From an uncultured Thiopseudomonas sp. (GTDB taxonomy: Bacteria; Pseudomonadota; Gammaproteobacteria; Pseudomonadales; Pseudomonadaceae), in NCBI GenBank assembly GCA_964385265.1, contig CAYLOI010000007.1:9508-73507 (forward strand): a DNA stretch of 64,000 nt. Reading direction: 5' to 3'. Of this stretch, positions 10,031 to 17,728 are shown in pieces. The notes under the pieces are model-generated. The model saw only the letters and a list, made by a program, of their open reading frames with translations. It was not told the DNA's origin and did no database searches. The translations under genes and the position numbers were made by a program. Numbering within the stretch: position 1 is the first letter of the stretch; every line of letters begins with the position of its first letter.

Positions 10031-10603
10031 TTAACCAAACAAACTTTTAATGTCGACATCGGCTTTTTCAGCATCACTAAAGCGCAATAATTCAGCCGCA
10101 ACAAAGTTAAAGTAACGTGCGATTAACACATCGGGAAATTGTTCGATGCGTACATTATTCAAATTCACCGCTTCGTTGTAGAGTTCACGGCGATCAGCAA
10201 TGCCATTTTCTAAACCGCTGATGCGTTGCTGTAAAAACTGGAAGCTTTCGTTAGCTTTTAACTCTGGGTAATTTTCTGCTAGAGCAAAGAGCTTGCCTAA
10301 GCCTAAACGCAAACCGGTTTCAGCGGTGCCTAACGCGCCGATATCATGCTGCTCGCGGGCATTGGATACGGCGTTACGCGCACTGATAACCTCTTCTAAA
10401 GTTTGGCGTTCGTGCTGCATGTATTGTTTACAGGTTTCGACCAGCTTTGGCAGTTCGTCATGGCGCTGTTTCAGCAGGACGTCAATATTGGACCATGCTT
10501 TAGTCACGTTATGTTTTAAGCGCACCAAGGCGTTGTATAAACTCACGCCCCAAGCCAGCACTAAAATAGCGGCAATCAATAATCCCACTAAAAACAAACT
10601 CAT
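10031..10603 (-). CDS. lemA: LemA family membrane protein
   Basis: 190 aa with an N-terminal TM helix and LemA-like sequence (YNALVRLKHNV..AWSNIDVLLKQRHDELPKLVE). Confidence 0.85.
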   Translation of the reverse strand: MSLFLVGLLIAAILVLAWGVSLYNALVRLKHNVTKAWSNIDVLLKQRHDELPKLVETCKQYMQHERQTLEEVISARNAVSNAREQHDIGALGTAETGLRLGLGKLFALAENYPELKANESFQFLQQRISGLENGIADRRELYNEAVNLNNVRIEQFPDVLIARYFNFVAAELLRFSDAEKADVDIKSLFG

Positions 10604-10806
10604 CGGTCGCTCCCATACAGGTTATTTATAAACAGCAGTTTAATCGCTAGTACAGGCAGTTGCTATTGTTTATCGGTTGTAGGGTATTAAGTTGAGCCTT
10701 AGCACTGAGTGAGCAACACAGCTTATGTGTAGAGTTTTATCTGATACGCAAGTGTTCGATGCGCACTGTAGTTAAATACTTATTTATTGAACATGCGGAG
10801 TATGCC

Positions 10807-10906
10807 GTACTTCGGAATTGGTGTTTGTCCGTCGGTGAACCCATTCTGGGTTCAACTCCGGCGCTGCGCCATCCCTGGCTCGCTCATCACACCAACCCCG
10901 AAGTAC
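10807..10906 (-). ncRNA. candidate structured RNA element, copy B1 (unclassified repeat family)
   Basis: Read on the minus strand it has an 18-bp closing helix, guacuucggGGuuggugu / acaccaaUUccgaaguac. Hairpin 1 is gCCAgGGAUGGc and hairpin 2 is gaaccca-GAA-uggguuc. The conserved block cgcagcgccggaguu is present. No credible ORF. Confidence 0.4.
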
Positions 10907-11076
10907 TCGTTAATCAACGGCGTTGTTAGCACGATTGATATAGAGTCCATCTTTTTCTGAGGGTTTTATATCTATGTTTTGTGTTTGAGGTTCGGACTCA
11001 GAACTCTAGAGTTTGGCTTTGGCTTTATAGCTTTATGTTTTTAGAAGACAGGCAAACCCTGCCGATGGTCAATGAG

Positions 11077-11173
11077 TACCGTGCGGGTGACGTGGCAAGC
11101 GCGCCATGGATGGCGCAGCGCCCGAATCCACGCCAGGATGGCGTGTTGAGGGAAGAACGGCACTTGCACGGTA
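11077..11173 (+). ncRNA. candidate structured RNA element, copy A1
   Basis: The closing helix is uaccgugcGGgug / cacUUgcacggua. Hairpin 1 is gcgcca-UGGA-uggcgc and hairpin 2 is cacgcca-GGA-uggcgug. The single-stranded blocks are GUGGCAAGCG, AGCGCCCGAAUC and UUGAGGGAAGAAC. Confidence 0.4.
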
Positions 11174-11242
11174 CGGCATACTTCGATAATCCTGATGCTT
11201 TTGATTCTTATCTTACAGGTGATCTGATTAGCGGTGCATGCC

Positions 11243-11341
11243 GTACTCCGGAATTGGTGTTGGTCCGTCGATGAACCCATCCTGGGTTCAACTCCGGCGC
11301 TCGCCATCCCTGGCTCGCTCATCACACCAACCCCGAAGCAC
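11243..11341 (-). ncRNA. candidate structured RNA element, copy B2
   Basis: About 90% identical to B1. The outer helix gugcuucgg / ccggaguac keeps pairing through G-U and U-G only on the minus-strand RNA. The hairpin 2 loop is GGA. Confidence 0.4.
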
Positions 11342-11527
11342 TCGTTGATCAGCGGAGTTGTTATCACGTCTTGCATAAGCTCAAGGCAAATAAAGCCCTA
11401 GTTTGTCTGCACAAACTCATGTTTTTTAACGTGTTCTTTAGTCAGCATCTAGCACGCATAACCAGTCATCAGTTGCGCCTGCAAAAAGAGACTTACACAT
11501 ATCTAGCAAAACATACACATGATCAAC

Positions 11528-11629
11528 GCGTGCTGCGCTGGGTCTGTGGCAAGCGAAGCAGGATGCGTAGCGCCCGAATCGAGCCCCGGATGGGCTCGTT
11601 GAGGGAAGAACAGACTTAGCGCAGTGCGC
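11528..11629 (+). ncRNA. candidate structured RNA element, copy A2
   Basis: The closing helix is gcgugcugcgcuGGgucu / agacUUagcgcagugcgc, with U-G and G-U pairs. Hairpin 2 is gagccc-CGGAU-gggcuc. It carries the same single-stranded blocks as A1. Confidence 0.4.
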
Positions 11630-11747
11630 AACACGCACAATGTTAACCAGCCAGCCATCTACAACGCTTGCGATCAAGCAACACAAAAAACACCAACCCC
11701 GCAAAAAGAGACTTACACATATCTAGCAAAACATACACATGATTAAC

Positions 11748-11849
11748 GCGCACTGCGCTGGGTCTGTGGCAAGCGAAGCAGGATGCGCAGCGCCCGAATC
11801 GAGCCCCGGATGGGCTCGTTGAGGGAAGAACAGACTTAGCGCAGTGCGC
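11748..11849 (+). ncRNA. candidate structured RNA element, copy A3
   Basis: Tandem duplicate of A2 at a 220-bp offset, with a perfect 18-bp closing helix gcgcacugcgcuGGgucu / agacUUagcgcagugcgc. Confidence 0.4.
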
Positions 11850-11927
11850 AACACGCCACACTAAGCCAAGCAAGACCAAGCCTGATAGAATAGAGTGCAT
11901 ATTATTATGTGTTTATAGGAGTCCACC

Positions 11928-12683
11928 TTGAACAACAGCACCTTCCCGCAGGCCGAAACCGTCGAGCAACTTCGTCAGAATTTAGCCGCCGTACGCCAGC
12001 GCATTGATCAGGCCTGCGTGCAGGCCGGACGCGATCCTAAAGACGTCCGCCTCCTACCGGTCAGCAAAACCCACCCCGCTGAGTTTTTGCGTCTGGCTTA
12101 CGCTGCAGGGTGCCGTATGCTGGGTGAAAACAAAATCCAAGAAGCTTACCAAAAATGGCAAGAGCTCGAAGATCTAACAGACCTCCAGTGGAGCATCATC
12201 GGCCATCTACAAACCAACAAAGCCAAGTACGTTGCGCGCTTTGCTACTGAGTTTCACGCGCTGCACAGCTTGCGTTTAGCCCAAGTCCTCGATCAGCGTT
12301 TAACACTCGAAGACCGCTATTTAGACGTGTTGGTGCAAGTGAATACCTCAGGCGAAGAAAGCAAATACGGGATTGCCCCAGACGATGCGCCTGAACTAAT
12401 CAAGCAACTCGGACAATTCAGCCGTTTACGCGTGCGTGGCCTAATGACCTTGGCGATGAATTCAGAAGACAGCGAAGCGGTGCGTGGTTGTTTCATTCAA
12501 TTGCGTGAATTGCGTGACAGCTTACAAGCCATCGCCCCCGAAGGTATGCAATTGAAGGAATTGTCCATGGGCATGTCAGGCGACTTTGAGCTGGCAATTG
12601 CTGAAGGCGCAACCATTGTGCGTATCGGCCAAGCCATCTTCGGTGCCCGCTCACAACCGGACAGTTATTACTGGCCGCAGTGA
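11928..12683 (+). CDS. yggS: YggS-family pyridoxal-phosphate-binding protein
   Basis: 251-aa alanine-racemase N-terminal-like fold (LLPVSKTHP.. with a PLP lysine). TTG start preceded by AGGAG. Confidence 0.85.
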   Translation: MNNSTFPQAETVEQLRQNLAAVRQRIDQACVQAGRDPKDVRLLPVSKTHPAEFLRLAYAAGCRMLGENKIQEAYQKWQELEDLTDLQWSIIGHLQTNKAKYVARFATEFHALHSLRLAQVLDQRLTLEDRYLDVLVQVNTSGEESKYGIAPDDAPELIKQLGQFSRLRVRGLMTLAMNSEDSEAVRGCFIQLRELRDSLQAIAPEGMQLKELSMGMSGDFELAIAEGATIVRIGQAIFGARSQPDSYYWPQ

Positions 12684-12723
12684 CTCTAAGCCACAGAACC
12701 TAAACACAGCTACAACAAACAAT

Positions 12724-12757
12724 CGCTAAGCCGCTCTAATCAACAACGGCTTAGCGA
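12724..12757. terminator. 10-bp hairpin between convergent yggS and the MFS gene
   Basis: cgctaagccg-N14-cggcttagcg. No clear U-tract, so its role as a terminator is tentative. Confidence 0.35.
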
Positions 12758-12829
12758 GGCTGTCTTAAGCAAGTGCTAAATATTGACCTACGTTGTCAGG
12801 GCGGGGAGGCAACATTATTCGGTGCCTTC

Positions 12830-14005
12830 TTAGCTTTTATCGCTGACCCGCGCGCGCTGATCTGCTAATCGAGCAATCCACCAGGCCACAATAATAATCG
12901 GCGGTAACGAAGCAATATTGAGCCAGGCCCAGCCCAGCTTATCTACACCCACCCCAGCCAATAAGCTACCCAGCGCTGCCGCAGAAAATACCATAAACTC
13001 ATTGATGCCCTGCACTTTGCCCTGCTCCGCCGGCTCATAGGTAAAGGTCAGTAAATGCGTGGCACCAATAAAAGTAAAGTTCCAACCGATACCCAGCAGC
13101 AGCAAACCCAAAAAGTAATGCCAATAGCTATTACCCAGCACATTCACCAGCACGCACAGGGCCAGTACCGCACAACCCCAGAGAATCACCCGGCGTGAGC
13201 TGTAGCGACGAATCAAGCGGCCAGTGAAAAATGACGGCACATACATGCCCAAGACATGCCACTGAATCACCCAAGCAATATTGCTGAAGGGAAACTCATC
13301 ATGCTGCATGGCAATCGGCGTGGCCGTCATTAATAGCACCATCACCGCATAGCCAATCGCCCCAGATGCCATCGCCGCTATTAAAAGAGGCTGCTGAAAC
13401 AATTCACGGTATGTACGCGTGATCTGTTTTGTCGTCGTTTTCAATGGCACAGCCAAAGGCAAACTACTGATCAGCAGCAAGGCCAGCACATAGATGACAA
13501 ACAGCCCATAAAATGCACCAACAAAAGCATTGCCGTCGTACCACTGGCGTGACCAAATCGCGAGGTTGGGCCCTAAAATAGCAGCTAACACACCACCGGC
13601 CATCACCATACTGATCGCCCGCGGGCGCTGCTCAACTGAGCAAACATCTAACGCGGCAAAACGGTATTGCTGGCCAGTACCAATAGCCATACCGATTAAA
13701 AAGGTACCGCTGGCAAAATGCATTAAGCTGTTGGCTTCTAAACCTTGCAAGGCCACCCAAGTGCCAAATAAGCCAATGCAGTTGCCTAGAATAAAACCGA
13801 ATTTACGCCCCATCTTTTGCATCAGATGGGCTGCCGGCAAAGTCGCCATAATCAGGCCCAGAAACTGCAGCGCCACCGGCAAGGTGATCAACGCCGGATG
13901 ACTGGCCAGCTGTTTGCCGATCAACGCCGAAACAGCCACCAATAAAATATTTCCAGTGGTCAGCAATGCCTGTGCAATCGCCAACCCCCATACACTAATC
14001 GGCAC
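12830..14005 (-). CDS. MFS transporter
   Basis: 391 aa with about 12 hydrophobic helices and MFS-like loop motifs. Confidence 0.8.
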   Translation of the reverse strand: MPISVWGLAIAQALLTTGNILLVAVSALIGKQLASHPALITLPVALQFLGLIMATLPAAHLMQKMGRKFGFILGNCIGLFGTWVALQGLEANSLMHFASGTFLIGMAIGTGQQYRFAALDVCSVEQRPRAISMVMAGGVLAAILGPNLAIWSRQWYDGNAFVGAFYGLFVIYVLALLLISSLPLAVPLKTTTKQITRTYRELFQQPLLIAAMASGAIGYAVMVLLMTATPIAMQHDEFPFSNIAWVIQWHVLGMYVPSFFTGRLIRRYSSRRVILWGCAVLALCVLVNVLGNSYWHYFLGLLLLGIGWNFTFIGATHLLTFTYEPAEQGKVQGINEFMVFSAAALGSLLAGVGVDKLGWAWLNIASLPPIIIVAWWIARLADQRARVSDKS

Positions 14006-14073
14006 GCGGGCCTCCAGAATTTAAGTTATATGCGGCGGCATAGTATATGAAACGCGTATTTTTTGCTGAGCAC

Positions 14074-14781
14074 TCACCTAAACGCAGTCCTTTTGATCAG
14101 GGCTGCTACCTGTTCGGCCCATAATGTGTAAGCAGCTGCGCTTGGGTGAAACCCATCAGCAGCAAGCATCTGCGGATCTACACCCAAATCAATCGGCATA
14201 AAAGTTAAGTCACTAGACTGCTCCGCCAGAACTGCAGTGAGTCGATTCAATCGCTGTGCACGACGACCTAAATAACCACTGAGCGGCCAAGGTAGCGCAG
14301 TGAAATGCTGCATGGGTGGAATGGCTGAAATAAAAACATGCTGCACCTTAAATTTTGTGCGCAGCGTTTCGCGCAGCGACTCTAGTTGGCTCAGCCAGAG
14401 TGCATCTGAGGTGCGTGCAGTGACATCATTAACCCCAATCGCCAGCACCGCACACTCATAGTCTTGTGCTGCTGCATCTTGCAGTTGTTTGAGCAGCTGC
14501 GCGCTGGTGATGCCAGTTTCTGCCAACAGCTGCCAAGTGAGCTGATACTGCCCACTCAGTTGCTTGGCTAACTGCCCAGCCAAGGCACTGTCTTGCATAC
14601 TAACGCCAACACCTGCTGCTGATGAGTCACCTAATACCAGCACACGCAATCGTCGGCCCTGACCAAGATGACCATGCCGCTCGCCTGCAGCCTCAGGCAA
14701 ACGTAAGATTCGCTTGCGCACAATGCGCCCCTGCAAGATTAAAATGGGCGCTAAAGCGATCAACAACAGTGTATCCAACAT
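14074..14781 (-). CDS. SGNH/GDSL-family hydrolase
   Basis: VLVLGDSSAAGVG (GDS block) and an AIGVND block. Its start shares one nucleotide with the tgpA stop. Confidence 0.8.
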   Translation of the reverse strand: MLDTLLLIALAPILILQGRIVRKRILRLPEAAGERHGHLGQGRRLRVLVLGDSSAAGVGVSMQDSALAGQLAKQLSGQYQLTWQLLAETGITSAQLLKQLQDAAAQDYECAVLAIGVNDVTARTSDALWLSQLESLRETLRTKFKVQHVFISAIPPMQHFTALPWPLSGYLGRRAQRLNRLTAVLAEQSSDLTFMPIDLGVDPQMLAADGFHPSAAAYTLWAEQVAALIKRTAFR

Positions 14782-16763
14782 TATTTTTTCACCTGTGCCA
14801 AAGCGCTACGCAAGGCTGTCAGATCCAGCCCCTGCTTTGCATATTGCTGCTGCTCATAAGCATCGATAAAAGCAGCCACTGACCGCTGTTGCTGTTCAGG
14901 TAGCTGCGGAGCGATGCGCTGGTAAAAATCACGCAGGCCCTCACCAATCTCACGACTCCAGCCGCGTTTGCGCAGCACGCGCTGAAACTCATTTAAGAGC
15001 CGCTGCACAGGGTCAGCTTGGCGCTGCCAGGGTTTAAACATCCACAACACAATCAACGCAATAATCAATCCGGCGCTAAACACCAATAATAAACCTAAGG
15101 TCTGCCAATCCACCTGACCAAACCATTGTTTGAGCCAAGCCTGCTGACGATCACGTTGATAGCCAAGAATCTGTGTTTGCCAGCTGTGATTGATATTTTC
15201 CCAACCCAAGCGCAACTGATTGACCCAGCCAATGTGCTGGTAACGTAACGGCGAGAAAAAGTCCCCTTGAAACAACTCTGCCTCATCGGCGAGCGCCTCC
15301 TGCAAACCCCGCTCGATCCGCTCTGGGGCCACTTGAAAGGTTGGATCAACGCTGCGCCAGCCATAACCGCGCTGCCAATACTCAACCCACGCATGGGCAT
15401 CAAACTGGCGCACTTGGACAAACTGTCCCGCCTGATTGGTTTCGCCACCCTGATAGCCGGCCACCACGCGTGACGGGATACCAGCAGCACGCAAGGTAAA
15501 CACCATAGCGCCGGCATAATGGGCACAAAAGCCGCTTTGACTGCTAAATAAAAACTCATCGACACTGTCACTGCCCAGCACAGGTGGTTTAAGTGTGTAG
15601 TAATAGGGCTCTTGATTAAAGTGACGCAGCATCGCGCTGACCAGTGCATCGTCATCTGCATACTGCTGACGTAACGCGAGTGCCCACTCGCGACTTTGTG
15701 GATTAGTGCTGCGTGGCAACTGCAAGAATTCCTGCTGTTGCGCCGGGGTTAACTGCACTTGGCGTAAGGCTTGCGGCCATGAGCTGACTTGATATTGATA
15801 GGCACGATTAACCGGGGTGCTGCGCTGCAAGCGAAAATCACTCATCATGCGAATATCCGCCTGCTCACTGCTGCCCACATCAAGACTGAACAGCCATGGC
15901 TGGGTACTGGGCTGCATAATAATGCTGTAGTTGATCGCCTCACCTTGCGCTTGCCACTGCGGTGCCTGCATCTGCTCGCGCTGACTGACCGACCAACTGC
16001 GCCCATCAAAGTGCGGCAAGGTCAACGCACGCCAATACAGTTGTGACTGAGCTGGGATGTCACCCTCAAAACGCGCGCGAAAGGCTAAAGCGGAAGATTG
16101 GCCCAGCTCGGCCAAATCCCCCGGCGTCATACTGCTGGATAAACCTGTGCTGCCCTTATTATTAGCCTGCGGCAAACTCCATAAGGGTTCGAGGCGCGGA
16201 AACAGCACAAATAACAACAGCATCAAGGGTACTGCTTGCGCAAACAGGCGCAGCACATAGCTTAAAGTGGCTAAAGGCTGGGTAGCAAAGCTGCTCTGGT
16301 GCAAACCCAGTAAAGCTGCCAATAAGGCCAGCACGGGTAAAATACTGTACAGCGCAGCCAGTAAACTGTCGGCAAACAAGTAACTGGTCACCACACAAAA
16401 GAAACCTAAAAAGATCAGTACCAATGCATCACGGCGGCTGCGCACTTCCAGCAGCTTTAAAATAAAAGCGGTAATCAGTAGCGCCACCCCAGCATCCAAA
16501 CCGACTAAACTGCCACGACTTAAATACACCGCAAAACCACTGCCCAGTAGCAAAGCAGCCTTGGTCCAGCTATTAGGGAATGCTAAGCGCATGCGAAACA
16601 CTTGAATACGCCACGCCGCGCAAGTGAGCCACAGCCCCGCCAACCAAAACGGTACATGCAGCAAATGCGGAATAATCACCAGAGCTTGGGCTATCAGCAG
16701 CCAAGTCAGACTGATACGTGGCAATATTTGCCGTGTTTGCGTGCTGGCCTGTTTGGTACTCAT
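14781..16763 (-). CDS. tgpA: transglutaminase-like membrane protein TgpA (DUF3488 plus transglutaminase core)
   Basis: 660 aa with multiple N-terminal TM helices, the core motif GFCAHYAGAMVFTLRAAGIPSRVV...DAHAWVE, and a C-terminal TM helix. Confidence 0.85.
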   Translation of the reverse strand: MSTKQASTQTRQILPRISLTWLLIAQALVIIPHLLHVPFWLAGLWLTCAAWRIQVFRMRLAFPNSWTKAALLLGSGFAVYLSRGSLVGLDAGVALLITAFILKLLEVRSRRDALVLIFLGFFCVVTSYLFADSLLAALYSILPVLALLAALLGLHQSSFATQPLATLSYVLRLFAQAVPLMLLLFVLFPRLEPLWSLPQANNKGSTGLSSSMTPGDLAELGQSSALAFRARFEGDIPAQSQLYWRALTLPHFDGRSWSVSQREQMQAPQWQAQGEAINYSIIMQPSTQPWLFSLDVGSSEQADIRMMSDFRLQRSTPVNRAYQYQVSSWPQALRQVQLTPAQQQEFLQLPRSTNPQSREWALALRQQYADDDALVSAMLRHFNQEPYYYTLKPPVLGSDSVDEFLFSSQSGFCAHYAGAMVFTLRAAGIPSRVVAGYQGGETNQAGQFVQVRQFDAHAWVEYWQRGYGWRSVDPTFQVAPERIERGLQEALADEAELFQGDFFSPLRYQHIGWVNQLRLGWENINHSWQTQILGYQRDRQQAWLKQWFGQVDWQTLGLLLVFSAGLIIALIVLWMFKPWQRQADPVQRLLNEFQRVLRKRGWSREIGEGLRDFYQRIAPQLPEQQQRSVAAFIDAYEQQQYAKQGLDLTALRSALAQVKK

Positions 16764-17728
16764 GGCGCCGACACCCCATACAGGGCTAAAGCGCGCAAAC
16801 AGCGCTGGCGATGCTCATGACCAAGGTCAGGCCCGAGCTGCTGCCCAGACAATAACAGGCTGTAAGGTTGCTCTGTTGCGCTAAATTTAAGTACCTGCGC
16901 ACAGAGCACGGATAAACGGTATTCGACATCACCCACTAATCGATCAAAGTCCAGCAACTGCTGCTGGCCTTGCTGCTCGGTGAACTGTTTAACTAAGAGA
17001 CCTTGGCCTTTTGACCAGGCTTTCCAATGAATGCGCCGCAAAGAGTCACCTTGTTGCCACGTCGCTAAGCCGTGAAAATCATCCACCCCAGCCAGCGTAC
17101 TCAGCTGATCGCTGTCGTGCTCATCACCTTGTCCGGCAGTAGCCATAACAACATCATCGATAGGCTGCGGATAAACTAAAATATGTTGCGCTAAATCGAT
17201 CTGACTCCAGGCTACAAATAAGCCCAGCGGAAAGCGTGTTTCAATACGCAAGCGTGGCCCAGGCTGCCAGCCTCGGCGCCGGCCGAGCAAACTCAACAGA
17301 GCAATTTGCTCACTGCCATGCGCCACATCCAGCACGGTCAATTGCTTACTGCTCCAGCCCACAGCAATGGCTTGGTAGTCATGTTTATCGCTGTGTAAAC
17401 GTATTCGATAATCAGCATACTCACCGGCAAAACAGGGCGTAGTTCCGGCTGCTGCCACAGTTAAGCCGGCTAGATTACGCCAAGTATGAAACATCGTTAG
17501 CAGCCCTATCGAGGCCAGTAAAAATGTTAGCGCGTAAGCCAAACTGTTTTGATAGTTAATCGCCACCAACAGCATCAACACTAAGGCTGCTGCATAGGCT
17601 ACACCAGTCAAGGTTGGCACAATAAAAATATGGCGCTGCTGCAAGCGAATACGCTGCAGTGGCGGTAAACGCCGCATCAACCATGCGGCAAACCACTGGC
17701 GTGGCATATTGAGTAATCGTGCTGGCAT
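16760..17728 (-). CDS. DUF58 domain protein
   Basis: 322 aa with two N-terminal TM helices, positioned between the MoxR ATPase and TgpA. There is an ATGA overlap with tgpA. Confidence 0.8.
   Translation of the reverse strand: MPARLLNMPRQWFAAWLMRRLPPLQRIRLQQRHIFIVPTLTGVAYAAALVLMLLVAINYQNSLAYALTFLLASIGLLTMFHTWRNLAGLTVAAAGTTPCFAGEYADYRIRLHSDKHDYQAIAVGWSSKQLTVLDVAHGSEQIALLSLLGRRRGWQPGPRLRIETRFPLGLFVAWSQIDLAQHILVYPQPIDDVVMATAGQGDEHDSDQLSTLAGVDDFHGLATWQQGDSLRRIHWKAWSKGQGLLVKQFTEQQGQQQLLDFDRLVGDVEYRLSVLCAQVLKFSATEQPYSLLLSGQQLGPDLGHEHRQRCLRALALYGVSAP

Larger units (their letters stand above)
11481..11857 (+). repeat. two ~157-bp direct repeats (11481-11637 and 11701-11857), 220-bp period
   Basis: Aligned by eye. 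There are only about 5 substitutions between copies. The 63-bp spacer is not repeated. Confidence 0.9.

Noticed and set aside
10840-10875. A tRNA-like T-arm/acceptor end (gggttcaactccgg...gcgcca) inside element B1/B2.
   Set aside because: The flanks do not fold into a T-stem, anticodon arm or 7-bp acceptor stem. The resemblance is on the strand opposite to the one supported by G-U pairing.
11200-11217. A second CTTACA hexamer (11212-11217), considered as a possible GacA box between A1 and B2.
   Set aside because: The left half (tttgat) matches only 3/6. The site also lies downstream of both convergent elements, so it cannot serve as an upstream activating sequence for either.
11481-11857. 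Whether the periodic repeats could be a CRISPR array.
   Set aside because: There are only two direct copies. The repeat unit of ~157 bp is far too long, the spacer is 63 bp, there are no cas genes, and related copies occur in inverted orientation.
10981-11900. Five 82-111 aa ORFs on both strands (10981-11274, 11041-11376, 11371-11619, 11438-11704, 11643-11900).
   Set aside because: They mutually overlap and lack Shine-Dalgarno sequences. Their sequences are simply translations of the repeated structured elements (for example ..SARIEPRMGSLREEQT twice). Repeat-derived ORFs of this kind are typical annotation artefacts.
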